From: a virus
Taxonomy: Duplodnaviria > Caudoviricetes
Reading direction: 5' to 3' (one strand)
DNA length: 51,073 nt
IMG/VR virus record: IMGVR_UViG_3300047388_000215
Span: 1 to 51,073 of that record
Shown: piece by piece, positions 36,528-44,895 of the stretch
How the letters are laid out: every line of letters starts with the position of its first letter
Numbering within the stretch: position 1 is the stretch's first letter
Program-made: the position numbers and the translations under genes
Notes under the pieces: model-generated
Told to the model about the DNA's origin: nothing
The model's database searches: none
The model's input: the letters and a program-made list of their open reading frames with translations, nothing else

Positions 36528-37428
36528 CGTCGCCGCCCTCCTCGTAGCCGACACCCGGCTGCGGCACGGCGCCGGAGACGAAGTAGATGCCGTTGACGCG
36601 GAAGTCCAGGACGTGCCGGCCGACCTGCACCTTGCCGATCCCCTCGGCCGGCCGGATGGTCTCCAGCGCCTTGCGGCACCGGTACTCCTCGGCCTTCGCG
36701 TCCTTGCGGAGCGCGCGGGCCTGCCACAGCTCCTCCGTCCACGCGACCGCGTCGGGCCGGTCCTCGAACAGGACGCGGCCGGCGGCGCGGGACTCCAGGC
36801 CGTAGTGCCAGCAGATATCGGCGAAGCGGCAGGAGTGGCAGAACGCCGAGTCCGGCATGTAGTCGCGGGGCAGGGCTTCCAGCGGTGCTTCGCGGACGTT
36901 CTTCAGCCACGCCAGCGCGGCCCGGACGTACTCGGGGTTGAACGGCTCCTCCCACGTCCATTCCTCGCCGGTGTCGCGGGCGATGTACTCGATGCGGATC
37001 CGCCGTACCTCGCGGCCGGCCTTGACCAGCGCCGCGCCGTAGGTGTTGCCCTGCCACTTGTGCTGCTCGTCGGCGCCGTGGAGCTTGATGTGCTCTAGCC
37101 ACCGGGAGCTGGTGGTCTTGGTGTCCACCACCGTGCAAGTCGCGGCCTCGTATCGGTCGAGGGTGCCGGGCAGGCCGGCGAACTGGACGCGGTACTCGAT
37201 CAGGTCCCCCGGCTCGGCGACGACGGCCATCTTCGAGGCGACCGCTTCGTGGATCGCGGACCCCATCGCGGCCTGCACCGAACCGCCCACGTTCGAGGGC
37301 GGCACCTGATGCAGCCGGTACCCGGCCCGCCGCCGGCAGCCGCCGATCTCGGAGATGCCCAACTCGACCTGCTTGGACCGTGCCCGGTCTTGGTCGTAGC
37401 GCAGGAGCAGTTCCCCGGTGGTCGTCAC
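36517..37428 (-). CDS. Cas4-like PD-(D/E)XK exonuclease
   Basis: 'SEIGGCRR...GSAIH...GTLD...VDTKT...Q.NTY' with C-terminal C..C.F...C (split Fe-S Cys); next to the RecT-like gene. Confidence 0.8.
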   Translation of the reverse strand: MTTTGELLLRYDQDRARSKQVELGISEIGGCRRRAGYRLHQVPPSNVGGSVQAAMGSAIHEAVASKMAVVAEPGDLIEYRVQFAGLPGTLDRYEAATCTVVDTKTTSSRWLEHIKLHGADEQHKWQGNTYGAALVKAGREVRRIRIEYIARDTGEEWTWEEPFNPEYVRAALAWLKNVREAPLEALPRDYMPDSAFCHSCRFADICWHYGLESRAAGRVLFEDRPDAVAWTEELWQARALRKDAKAEEYRCRKALETIRPAEGIGKVQVGRHVLDFRVNGIYFVSGAVPQPGVGYEEGGDDAA

Positions 37429-38273
37429 CGCTCGCCGCCGGATGCTGCGTAGTGCTGGTGATCGCTGACGGCGTCCTCGGCGGTGGCGAAGCGGGGGCCG
37501 GACCACGGGTTCGGGTCGCAGCGGCACTTCCAGGTGTAGCCGCCGTCCCCGTCGTGCAGGACCGTCATGTCGTGGTCGGGCACCACTTCGGCGTCCACGA
37601 ATTCGGCCTCGATGTCGGCGACCGCGGCGGCGGCGTCCTCATGGCTGATCCGGCCGTCATGCTCGCCGACGGGCTGTACGTCCAGGCGCTCGGCCTCGAT
37701 GCGCTCCCCGATCTCCTCGACCTCGTCCGGGGAGTAGAACCCGAGCGCGATCTCGGGGGCGATGAACCGGCAGCAGGTCGAGACGGCGCGGGCCAGCAGC
37801 ATCGACTTGGTGTGCAGTTCCCACGGCAGAGCCTTGCCCTTCGCCGACCGGGCGTACGGCTTACCCTCTCGCAGCGACACCAGACCGGAGGCGATGGCGT
37901 CGTTGATGGTGTAGGTGACCTTGTGGTCCTCGCCGGTGTCGCCGCGCTTGATGTACACGGTGCACGAGTTCGAGGTGTGTTCCTCGACGGAGACCCGATG
38001 CCCGGCCCGGCGGACCAGCGCCAGCCACAGTTGCGCGGACAGCGACGGCCGACCTTCCACGATGTAGATGCCCTGGATGGCCTGCATCGGCGACAGCCCG
38101 AGATCCTGGCCGTACAGGATCATCGCGGCTACATCGGCCGGCTTACCGCGTAGATCGGCCGGGAGGATCTCGGCGTGCGCGAGGTTGGAGGACAGCCGCC
38201 ACACCTCGTCCCAGCCAGTGATTGGCGCGGAGACGTTGACCGGTACCAGTGCCTTCGAGTTCGGCTCAGCCAT
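37425..38273 (-). CDS. recT: RecT-like single-strand annealing protein
   Basis: 'LP..LRGKP.DV...I.YG..LGL.PMQA.QGIY.VEGRP...W....ML.ARA...CR'. Confidence 0.75.
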   Translation of the reverse strand: MAEPNSKALVPVNVSAPITGWDEVWRLSSNLAHAEILPADLRGKPADVAAMILYGQDLGLSPMQAIQGIYIVEGRPSLSAQLWLALVRRAGHRVSVEEHTSNSCTVYIKRGDTGEDHKVTYTINDAIASGLVSLREGKPYARSAKGKALPWELHTKSMLLARAVSTCCRFIAPEIALGFYSPDEVEEIGERIEAERLDVQPVGEHDGRISHEDAAAAVADIEAEFVDAEVVPDHDMTVLHDGDGGYTWKCRCDPNPWSGPRFATAEDAVSDHQHYAASGGER

Positions 38274-38533
38274 CACCGGCTCGCCGCCCCCGGTAGGTAG
38301 GCGGCCAGCACGGACCGACCGAGGGTGGTCAGCCGCAGCGGGTCGCCATACGTGACGTGCTCGATCAGTTCCTCAATCCGCAGCCGGCGGATCGTGGGGG
38401 CGCCGATCGTGACGCCGGATCTGCTGTCGACGTATCGGCCGAATGCGCTCTCGCTGCGGGTGAAGGTCACCTTCCCGGCAGCGAGGGCGGACAACGCCGC
38501 GAGCTGGGCCGGTGCGGGCTTGTAGCGGCTCAC
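38273..38533 (-). CDS. Hypothetical protein (86 aa)
   Basis: Coupled; 'LRLTTLGR' wHTH-like end. Confidence 0.5.
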   Translation of the reverse strand: MSRYKPAPAQLAALSALAAGKVTFTRSESAFGRYVDSRSGVTIGAPTIRRLRIEELIEHVTYGDPLRLTTLGRSVLAAYLPGAASR

Positions 38534-38937
38534 GAGGCACCGCCAAGGAAGGTGCGGGCCACCGCGAGAGCGGCGGTCCAGGTGTACCGAATGTCGCCGG
38601 CCTCAACCTGCTGCCACGACACGTCCATCTCATGCTCGACAGCGCGAAGCCAGGCAGCGACGGCCAGGGCCACGGCGGGATTCCATGCGGCGATGTGCTC
38701 GGCGTCGGGCTGGAGCAGCCAGTCCTCGGCGTCCCACCCACCGCCCACATCACTGACGCCACTGACGACGGCGACTGCCGATCGCTCGGACTCCGGGTGC
38801 ATGACGGACATGCGCGGAGCGACCTGCCGTTCGTAGTTGCCGGGCTCGACCCGCGCCAGCCATGGCGAGGGCGTCGCCTTCTCGGCCAGCTCGCGCACCC
38901 GCTTCGCTGCCGCCCGCAGTTCCTCGGCCGGGCTCAC
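38530..38937 (-). CDS. Ead/Ea22-like protein
   Basis: 'LRAAA..RELAEKATP.PW...DAEHIAAWNP...A'. Confidence 0.65.
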   Translation of the reverse strand: MSPAEELRAAAKRVRELAEKATPSPWLARVEPGNYERQVAPRMSVMHPESERSAVAVVSGVSDVGGGWDAEDWLLQPDAEHIAAWNPAVALAVAAWLRAVEHEMDVSWQQVEAGDIRYTWTAALAVARTFLGGAS

Positions 38938-39179
38938 GAGGCACCGCCGGTGAGCAGCAGCGTCCCGATGATGTAGCGGCCGTCCCACAGGTGCCCCCGG
39001 CCGCCGGGGTTGATCACCACGTACACCGGCCGGTTGGCCGGCAGGTCCGGGCGGACGTGGTCGAGGATCGCGGCGATGGTGTCGGCGATGCAGGGCGCGG
39101 CCACGGTCAGCGGGGTGATGGGCAGGCCGGGTACGGCGAAGGTGACCGTGCTCGTGCGCTGGATGGTCCGGGCGGTCAC
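38934..39179 (-). CDS. Hypothetical protein (81 aa)
   Basis: GTGA-coupled on both sides. Confidence 0.5.
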   Translation of the reverse strand: MTARTIQRTSTVTFAVPGLPITPLTVAAPCIADTIAAILDHVRPDLPANRPVYVVINPGGRGHLWDGRYIIGTLLLTGGAS

Positions 39180-39970
39180 AGGGCACCGCCTCGTGCGGTC
39201 TCGTCCTGCTCGGTCCAGTCCAACCACGGCGGGGAGTCGTCGGCAGTCCGGTCCCAGACCGGCTCTCCACCGGACAGCTGCGTGACCGGCACCTCACGAA
39301 CACCGGAGGCGATGACGAGCACCTCGCGGGCGGCCCGGCCGGTGACCTCCACCAACATCCCCTCGCGGGGCCGGAGCGCGAAGTCCCAGCCGGCGTACAC
39401 CGGCGCCGGGACGACGACCTTCACCGTGTCCGGGTCGGCGTCCTCGATCTCGGCGTCCCGGCCCACCAGGACCAGTTCGACGTACGGGGCGTGGGCGTGG
39501 TTGGCGCGGGGCTCGATGTGGTGGATCCAGCCGGTCACCGTCACCGGCTGGTCGTCGGGCGCAGCGTTGACGATGGCGCTGACCGAGGTGGGGGCAGGAT
39601 CGGCGGGCAGGGCAGGAGTCGCTGCATCGGCCCCACCCTTCCCGGCCAGCCCGACGGGTTGACCCGCCGATCCCAAGTCCAGGGCAGCGACGGCACGCTC
39701 ACTGCACGACCGGTAACCGCGCTGCCAGTCCGTCACGTCCTCGCCGGTGCAGGCCACCCACTCCCGGACCCGCTGTACCGCAGCCTCAGCGACAGCAGCG
39801 CGGGCGGTCAGCTCGGAGAAGTCGGCGAGCAGGGCGGCCAGCGTGCTGTAGGTGAGCGAGTCCCCAGCGTTTTCAACCACGGTTTGCCCGCGGTCCCACC
39901 GCTGAAGGAAGACGTGGACGCGGTGCTCGGGCGAGGCAGTGCCGTGGCGGCGCGTGGTCGGCTCAGGCAT
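39176..39970 (-). CDS. Protein with C-terminal OB-fold-like domain
   Basis: 'VTVTGWI..I......Y.EL.L......VKVVV......EGMLVEVTGR' resembles a nucleic-acid-binding OB fold. Confidence 0.5.
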   Translation of the reverse strand: MPEPTTRRHGTASPEHRVHVFLQRWDRGQTVVENAGDSLTYSTLAALLADFSELTARAAVAEAAVQRVREWVACTGEDVTDWQRGYRSCSERAVAALDLGSAGQPVGLAGKGGADAATPALPADPAPTSVSAIVNAAPDDQPVTVTGWIHHIEPRANHAHAPYVELVLVGRDAEIEDADPDTVKVVVPAPVYAGWDFALRPREGMLVEVTGRAAREVLVIASGVREVPVTQLSGGEPVWDRTADDSPPWLDWTEQDETARGGAL

Positions 39971-40232
39971 CGGGAGCGCCGCCCTCGAGGTCCTCGTCCG
40001 GCACGTTGTGCGGGTCGTCCTCGATGAGCACTACGCGCGCCATGGCGTAGCGCATGTCCGGCGGCACGGCGAGCAGGTACCGCTGGTGCTGGGCCGCAGC
40101 AGCGCGCGAGCTGTAGATCCGGTTGCCCGGGGCGGTGCGGAGGATCTGGCCATCGCTCCCTACGACGACGAGACAGATCTGGGCAGCTCGGCCGCCGCTA
40201 GTGGCGGCAGTGTCTGGCGAGGCGGTCATCAT
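39963..40232 (-). CDS. Hypothetical protein (89 aa)
   Basis: Coupled ORF. Confidence 0.5.
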   Translation of the reverse strand: MMTASPDTAATSGGRAAQICLVVVGSDGQILRTAPGNRIYSSRAAAAQHQRYLLAVPPDMRYAMARVVLIEDDPHNVPDEDLEGGAPDA

Positions 40233-41257
40233 GCACCCACCGGGTTGATCAGCCGGCCGTACAGGGTGATCGCGTCGTCGGCGGACTCGGCGATCAGGTC
40301 CGCGAATCGCTCCTCGTAGACCGCCCGCACCTTGGCGTACACCGCGTCCCGGATGGCCCAGTAGCGGTCGACAGCGACAGCGTCAGCGGCAGCGTCAGCG
40401 GCAGCGACAGCGACAGTGACAGTGGCAGCGACAGCGTCAGCGGCAGCGGCAGCGGCAGCGGCAGCGACAGCGACAGCGACAGCGTCAGCGACAGCGACAG
40501 CGACAGCGTCAGCGGCAGCGTCAGCGACAGCGTCAGCGTCAGCGACAGCGTCAGCGGCAGCGTCAGCGACAGCGACAGCGACAGTGGCAGCGGCAGCGAC
40601 AGCGTCAGCGTCAGCGACAGCGACAGCGACAGCGGCAGCGGCAGCGTCAGCGACAGCGTCAGCGTCAGCGTCAGCGACAGCGTCAGCGACAGCGGCATCG
40701 GCATCGGCAGCGGCAGCGGCAGCGGCAGCGACAGCGACAGCGTCAGCGTCAGGCAGGTTCGCCAGCGCTTCCCGCACCGCCGCCCTGATGCGCCCGTACC
40801 GCTGCGACCGGATGTCCCAGCAAGCGCCACGGGCTGCTTCGACGGCCGGTCGCGTCGCGCGGTAGGTGTCCTCGTCCACGATCTGCGGGAGGTCGCGGAG
40901 CGTGGACGCATGCTCGGTGAGGCCGGCCTTGTCGAGCCACTTGGGGGTCACGACGCGGATGGTGTGGTCACGGGCCATTGCCCGGCGAACATTGTCCAGG
41001 CCATCGCTGGCGGTGCCGGGCAGCAGCGGGATGTACGGGATCAGCTTCTGCCGGTGCGTGTCGTCAAGCCGGTCGTTGAGGCTGCGGCCAACATCGCCGA
41101 GGAACGGGGATACGCAGGCCGGCCGGTCGGTGTGCTCGATGCCGCGGATGTAGGCGACGGCTTCCATCAGGCACATGCCCGCGTCGGGGCTCTGGTGGGC
41201 GCCTCGGTCGAGGTGCAGGTTGTCGAGCCGGTCGGTGCGGATGGTCGGCGTGCTCAT
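40229..41257 (-). CDS. Phage protein with 126-residue Ala-X repeat insert
   Basis: AGGAG RBS; '[15 protein letters not shown]...H.D.P.CVSP...LND' N-terminal domain; in-frame hexamer array. Confidence 0.75.
   Translation of the reverse strand: MSTPTIRTDRLDNLHLDRGAHQSPDAGMCLMEAVAYIRGIEHTDRPACVSPFLGDVGRSLNDRLDDTHRQKLIPYIPLLPGTASDGLDNVRRAMARDHTIRVVTPKWLDKAGLTEHASTLRDLPQIVDEDTYRATRPAVEAARGACWDIRSQRYGRIRAAVREALANLPDADAVAVAAAAAAAADADAAVADAVADADADAVADAAAAAVAVAVADADAVAAAATVAVAVADAAADAVADADAVADAAADAVAVAVADAVAVAVAAAAAAAAADAVAATVTVAVAAADAAADAVAVDRYWAIRDAVYAKVRAVYEERFADLIAESADDAITLYGRLINPVGA
40370..40747. repeat. Degenerate hexanucleotide tandem array G(A/T/G)CAGC, 63 units
   Basis: Direct reading: GACAGC/GTCAGC/GGCAGC with rare G(A/G)CAGT and GGCATC variants; 378 bp. 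Confidence 0.95.
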
Positions 41258-41274
41258 GTGGTGCGCTCCTGGAG

Positions 41275-41388
41275 TCATCGGGTGATGTGGTGGTAGGCGA
41301 CGAGACCGCCAGCGATGACGCCGACCCAGATGGCGGCGCCGATCGCAACGACGGCGAGGACCACGAAGCCGATCCGGTGGCGGGTCAC
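41275..41388 (-). CDS. 37-aa single-TM protein (not in ORF track)
   Basis: Hand translation [37 protein letters not shown]; GTGA overlap. Confidence 0.55.
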   Translation of the reverse strand: MTRHRIGFVVLAVVAIGAAIWVGVIAGGLVAYHHITR

Positions 41389-41609
41389 AGGTCACCGGGG
41401 ATCAGGCCGCAGCAGGACCCGTCTCGGGTGCACAGCGGGACGAGCTGTTCCAGCGGGACCGTCATCCGCCGCTGCTCGCCGCGTTCGGTCCAGGTGATGT
41501 CGGCGGTCGGGTTGCCATCAGAGGCGGCGCCGAGGGCATCGACCTCGCCCATCACGGCGTGCTCGGCGGCCCAGTGGGCGACGGTGTCCCCGACCTGGAT
41601 GGCGGCCAT
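41385..41609 (-). CDS. Small SH3-like hypothetical protein (74 aa)
   Basis: 'IQVGDTV......GEV......DITW......VPLEQL'. Confidence 0.5.
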   Translation of the reverse strand: MAAIQVGDTVAHWAAEHAVMGEVDALGAASDGNPTADITWTERGEQRRMTVPLEQLVPLCTRDGSCCGLIPGDL

Positions 41610-41848
41610 CACGCGGCCTCCCCGCTGTCGGCTGCCTCGTGCTCGTCCAGCCAGCCGGCGGCGGAAGCGGCGCGGCGCAGGTCGGCGATCAGGTCCAGGA
41701 CCAGCCGGGCATCGGGCCGGCTGAACTTCTGCACGACGTCGCCATTGGCGTACTGGGTGAGCAGCGTGATGGCTGTGTGCTGCATGCTGACGGTGCGGGC
41801 CGCCTCGACGGCGAGTGCCAGCGCGGGGTGTGGGATGCGGGCCATCAC
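41609..41848 (-). CDS. Hypothetical protein (79 aa)
   Basis: Coupled on both sides. Confidence 0.5.
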   Translation of the reverse strand: MMARIPHPALALAVEAARTVSMQHTAITLLTQYANGDVVQKFSRPDARLVLDLIADLRRAASAAGWLDEHEAADSGEAA

Positions 41849-42351
41849 GCGGCCCCCGGCCCCTCGGGTGCGCGGTGCCGGCCGGGGAATTGCACAACCC
41901 GGTCATTCACACGCACTGCCCGGTGCAGCGCGTCGAACAGCCGGGTCTCGGCGGCGGCGTGCGCGGCAACGTCGGTGCGCGGGTCGTCGGCCGCCGCGGT
42001 CTCTTCCACGACCTCCCGCCACAGCGAGTCGGGACAGTGCGGGGCCAGCCACGTCACCAGCGCCAGCACCTCGGACCGGCCGCCGGGGGTCGCGGTCCAG
42101 TCAGCGTGGTTCTCCGCGATGTGCGACAGCGCCACTTCCCGCTGGCGGGGTGTGGCGTCCAGCGCGAGCCCGATGGTGATGTCCTCGACCTCGGGCCTGG
42201 ACAGCACCAGCCCGTCGGGGTTGGCGGGGTCAGCGATGCGCTGCACCATGCGGATCAGGCCGAGGGAGACGGCGCCGTCGCCGATGTCGCCTTGGGCGCG
42301 GGGCAGCGGGATGACGCCGGCGCCGTCGCGGTGGATCAGGTGGAGGCTCAC
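41845..42351 (-). CDS. Hypothetical protein (168 aa)
   Basis: GTGA-coupled. Confidence 0.5.
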   Translation of the reverse strand: MSLHLIHRDGAGVIPLPRAQGDIGDGAVSLGLIRMVQRIADPANPDGLVLSRPEVEDITIGLALDATPRQREVALSHIAENHADWTATPGGRSEVLALVTWLAPHCPDSLWREVVEETAAADDPRTDVAAHAAAETRLFDALHRAVRVNDRVVQFPGRHRAPEGPGAA

Positions 42352-42722
42352 GACCCACCACCGGGGATGTCGTTGCCGAGCGGGGTCCGCCACGACACGT
42401 CCTCGACGGTCTTCGACCCGAGGACCGTCCTCTCGGACACGTCCGGGAGGTGGGCGTTGATGGCGAACTTCGCGCCGATCTCGACGTGCAGCTCATAGCC
42501 GTAGTTCGTCGCGGCCGGCTCCACCTTCTCGCGCAGTGGGACCCCGAGCGTCTGGACGGCGGCGACTGCGGCTAGGGCCTCGTCGCGGTCATGCGCGTAG
42601 ATGACGCACGTGCCGATGGTGCCGTCGTAGGGCAGCGGCACCCCCGGGTTGGTCTCCAGCATGTCGGCGAGGTCCCGCAGGAATGTGATGTACGCGGTGC
42701 GGCGCTCGTCGGGGGCGGTCAT
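42348..42722 (-). CDS. Hypothetical protein (124 aa)
   Basis: 'LRDLADMLE.NP.VPLPY' N-terminus; ATGA-coupled. Confidence 0.6.
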   Translation of the reverse strand: MTAPDERRTAYITFLRDLADMLETNPGVPLPYDGTIGTCVIYAHDRDEALAAVAAVQTLGVPLREKVEPAATNYGYELHVEIGAKFAINAHLPDVSERTVLGSKTVEDVSWRTPLGNDIPGGGS

Positions 42723-43126
42723 GCCGTCACCCCGAACAGCTTCGACATCTGCGCGGCGGCGACCCGGAGCGCGTCCACGACGGCGGACTGAGTGGACCGG
42801 TCCTCCCAGTCCGCGATGGCCCGCAAGCTCATCTCGTCGGGGGCGATGCCGAGGTACTGCATCAGCGCGATCTCGGCGGCCCGCTCCGCCGGCCCGGCGT
42901 TGCGGGGGGCGATCGACCGGGCGGACTGGCTGAGCGCGGCGACGACGGAGATACCAGCGTTGCGGCCACGCCACAGGCCGAGAGCCTGGATGGTGCCGGC
43001 GGCGGAGGTCAGTACCTGCGGGATGGCGGCCAGCGGGTGGGCGACTGCCCCTTTGTCCCAAACGCCCGTGTCGGGTGGAGTCTGGCCGGTGGTCTGTGGG
43101 ACCATGGTGGTCGGCATGGAGGTCAT
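42719..43126 (-). CDS. Hypothetical protein (DUF6197-like)
   Basis: AAGGAG RBS; 'I...G.W.G...V.AAL...I.DWED...VV.AL..AA'. Confidence 0.5.
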   Translation of the reverse strand: MTSMPTTMVPQTTGQTPPDTGVWDKGAVAHPLAAIPQVLTSAAGTIQALGLWRGRNAGISVVAALSQSARSIAPRNAGPAERAAEIALMQYLGIAPDEMSLRAIADWEDRSTQSAVVDALRVAAAQMSKLFGVTA

Positions 43127-43199
43127 GTCTCCTTGCTTTCTGCGGCGCCTCTGCGGGTTGTCTGGACCCTGCGCAGGGGCGCCGCGCCTTGTCTGGGTG

Positions 43200-43406
43200 T
43201 TAGGCAGCGGTCTCGGCGGGAGCCGTACGGTCGGCGCTCTTAAGCAGCCGGTCCAGTTCGACTTGCGGGATGCGCAGGGTGACTCGCCGCCCGGGAAGCT
43301 TCACCGCACGGACGTCGCCCGCCTGCACCCAGCGGTGGACAGTCTTGCGACTGACCTTCAGCGCTGTGGCGAACTCGGTGGTGGTGAGCATCGGCGGTGC
43401 ATCCAT
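43200..43406 (-). CDS. Cro/excisionase-like HTH DNA-binding protein
   Basis: 'MLTTTEFATALKVSRKTVHRWVQAG.V.AVKLPG....RIP', HTH_17 pattern; first gene of the early operon. Confidence 0.85.
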   Translation of the reverse strand: MDAPPMLTTTEFATALKVSRKTVHRWVQAGDVRAVKLPGRRVTLRIPQVELDRLLKSADRTAPAETAA

Positions 43407-43412
43407 GCCACG

Positions 43413-43491
43413 ACTGTAGCTATATTCTCCACATGGGGCAAGAGGCTTCGCCCGGCCTCTATTGCCTCAGGTGGCGCAGGTGTCCTATCGT
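43413..43491. promoter_or_regulatory. Divergent sigma70-type promoter pair (both apparently leaderless)
   Basis: Leftward TTGCCC(43441-36)-17-TACAGT(43418-13), 6 nt before ATG 43406. Rightward TTGCCT(43462-67)-18-TATCGT(43486-91), 7 nt before ATG 43499. Confidence 0.7.
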
Positions 43492-43498
43492 GGACCAC

Positions 43499-43576
43499 AT
43501 GACCGAATTGGGAGCGGTAGAGACCGGGGCCCCCACGCCGGCGGGGAAGGTGGTCGCAACCTGGACGGTCCCGTAG
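43499..43576 (+). pseudogene. 25-codon ORF at the immunity-repressor position (possible repressor remnant)
   Basis: MTELGAVETGAPTPAGKVVATWTVP*, lying between the rightward promoter and the hairpin. Confidence 0.4.
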
Positions 43577-43597
43577 TCGCCACACCCCTACAACGAG

Positions 43598-43640
43598 AGA
43601 CCGGCCTCGCTCCACCGCATTGGTGGAGCGAGGCCGGTCT
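43598..43640. terminator. Perfect 19-bp hairpin, probable bidirectional terminator
   Basis: AGACCGGCCTCGCTCCACC-GCATT-GGTGGAGCGAGGCCGGTCT between convergent ORFs. Confidence 0.8.
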
Positions 43641-43669
43641 TTGCTGTCCAGAGGGGGGTGCGGGCTGGC

Positions 43670-43951
43670 CTACCCGCCGTCGCCCTGCCACTCACGCCGA
43701 GCCGCCTCCCATTCGGCCTCCATCGCCTGCCGTAGCAGTCCTGACCGGGCGCCGAACCGCTGGGTCACGGAGCTGGCGGACTTGCCGCCGCGAATCTGCC
43801 CTACCTGTGCGTCGCTGAGGCCGCCCACCGTGCGGGCCAGGTTCACGATGCTCTTGAGTGCCCGCTCGGCCTCTTCGTACGCTGCATCCATCCGCCGGAT
43901 GGCCACTTCCCATTCACCGGCCAGGGCGGCGCGGTGCGCTTCGTCCGTCAT
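43670..43951 (-). CDS. Small HTH regulator divergent from the transfer operon
   Basis: 'VNLAR..GG.S.AQVGQI.GGKS.SSV.QRFG', an actinobacterial HTH pattern. Confidence 0.6.
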   Translation of the reverse strand: MTDEAHRAALAGEWEVAIRRMDAAYEEAERALKSIVNLARTVGGLSDAQVGQIRGGKSASSVTQRFGARSGLLRQAMEAEWEAARREWQGDGG

Positions 43952-44030
43952 GTGCTGCACGCGCCGGAGCCTTCCTTGCCATGACCCTGCCGGCGACTCC
44001 ATGCGGAGATCGTAGCGGGCCGATCGGATA

Positions 44031-44065
44031 CGTAAGCTTGCCTCTCGGACGTAAGTGTGCCTTAC
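44031..44065. promoter_or_regulatory. Candidate operator(s) upstream of the plus-strand operon
   Basis: Palindrome GTAAG-N5-CTTAC (44051-44065) and a second CGTAAG half-site 19 bp upstream, next to TTGCCT. Confidence 0.5.
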
Positions 44066-44108
44066 TAGGTGGGCACAGGCAAGACCGACCACCCGAGGGG
44101 CACCAGAC

Positions 44109-44411
44109 ATGCCGTTCCGCAGCAAGACCCTTACGCCGCAGCAGACGCAATCGCTCGTCGTCTCCTGCTACCTCAACCACGCCAGCGGCCACAACAACGG
44201 CTTCGTGGCCCTGGGCGAGATGGAGGCCGATCTCAGCGTCGGCCGCACCGTCAAGGGCTCCGTCAGCTTCGACGTCATGGTCAAGCGGCTCGGGGAACTG
44301 GCCGCCTCCGGTCAGGCCACGTTCGGGAACATCAACGCCTCCCGCCGGTACGCCCGGTGGACCGTCACGGTCGGCGGCCGGAAGTACAACGCCGTGAAGC
44401 TGAGCCTCTGA
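44109..44411 (+). CDS. Hypothetical protein (100 aa)
   Basis: GAGGGG RBS; GC3-rich; TGATG-coupled. Confidence 0.6.
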   Translation: MPFRSKTLTPQQTQSLVVSCYLNHASGHNNGFVALGEMEADLSVGRTVKGSVSFDVMVKRLGELAASGQATFGNINASRRYARWTVTVGGRKYNAVKLSL

Positions 44412-44599
44412 TGGCCGGCCAGCCAGCCACCAAGCGCGCCGACCAGCTCAAGCCAGGCGACCGCATCTGGCATCAGGGCGACACCTACACCGTCGAGACC
44501 TCCGGGCCGGCCCACCTCTCCCACTGGTGGCACCTCGACCTCGGCACCCAGGCCGGCGGCGTTCCCGCCAGCCATGTGTTCACGCTGGTGACCAAGTAA
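44411..44599 (+). CDS. Small beta-barrel-like protein (62 aa)
   Basis: 'ADQLKPGDRI......TV'; coupled on both sides. Confidence 0.55.
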   Translation: MAGQPATKRADQLKPGDRIWHQGDTYTVETSGPAHLSHWWHLDLGTQAGGVPASHVFTLVTK

Positions 44600-44865
44600 T
44601 GGCCGGCCAGATGTGGGTGGCGTTCACCGGCCAGACGCTGGCCAAGCGCTGCGACACCACCCAGGCCACCCGCGCACAGGCCGAGGGCAACTACGTGACC
44701 ACCGCCGAGCAGTGGGCCGCCGACCTGCGGACCTACGGCGTGTACACGGTCTCCCGCCCCAACGGCCGCCGGGTCCTTCAGGTCACCCAGGCGGCGGCGG
44801 TGTGGACGCTCAAGCACCGGCCCGGCCTGATCGTGCGCAAGGCCACCGCGACCCGCGCCGCCTGA
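44599..44865 (+). CDS. Hypothetical protein (88 aa)
   Basis: TAATG-coupled; GC3-rich. Confidence 0.55.
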   Translation: MAGQMWVAFTGQTLAKRCDTTQATRAQAEGNYVTTAEQWAADLRTYGVYTVSRPNGRRVLQVTQAAAVWTLKHRPGLIVRKATATRAA

Positions 44866-44895
44866 TCCCACCCCACCACGCCGAAGGAGGACACG

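Noticed and set aside
36517-37428. Cas4 as evidence of a CRISPR-Cas system
   Set aside because: A solo Cas4-like nuclease beside RecT is a phage recombination module; no other cas genes or array are present.
40370-40747. CRISPR array or DGR variable region
   Set aside because: Contiguous 6-bp units with no spacers. No reverse transcriptase or template/variable repeat pair in the window.
86-43061. Long plus-strand ORFs (e.g. 2335-4461, 10855-12624, 17638-19125) and minus-strand 47304-49331
   Set aside because: Antisense shadows of high-GC genes: Arg/Pro/Gly-rich, with no RBS or recognisable motifs.
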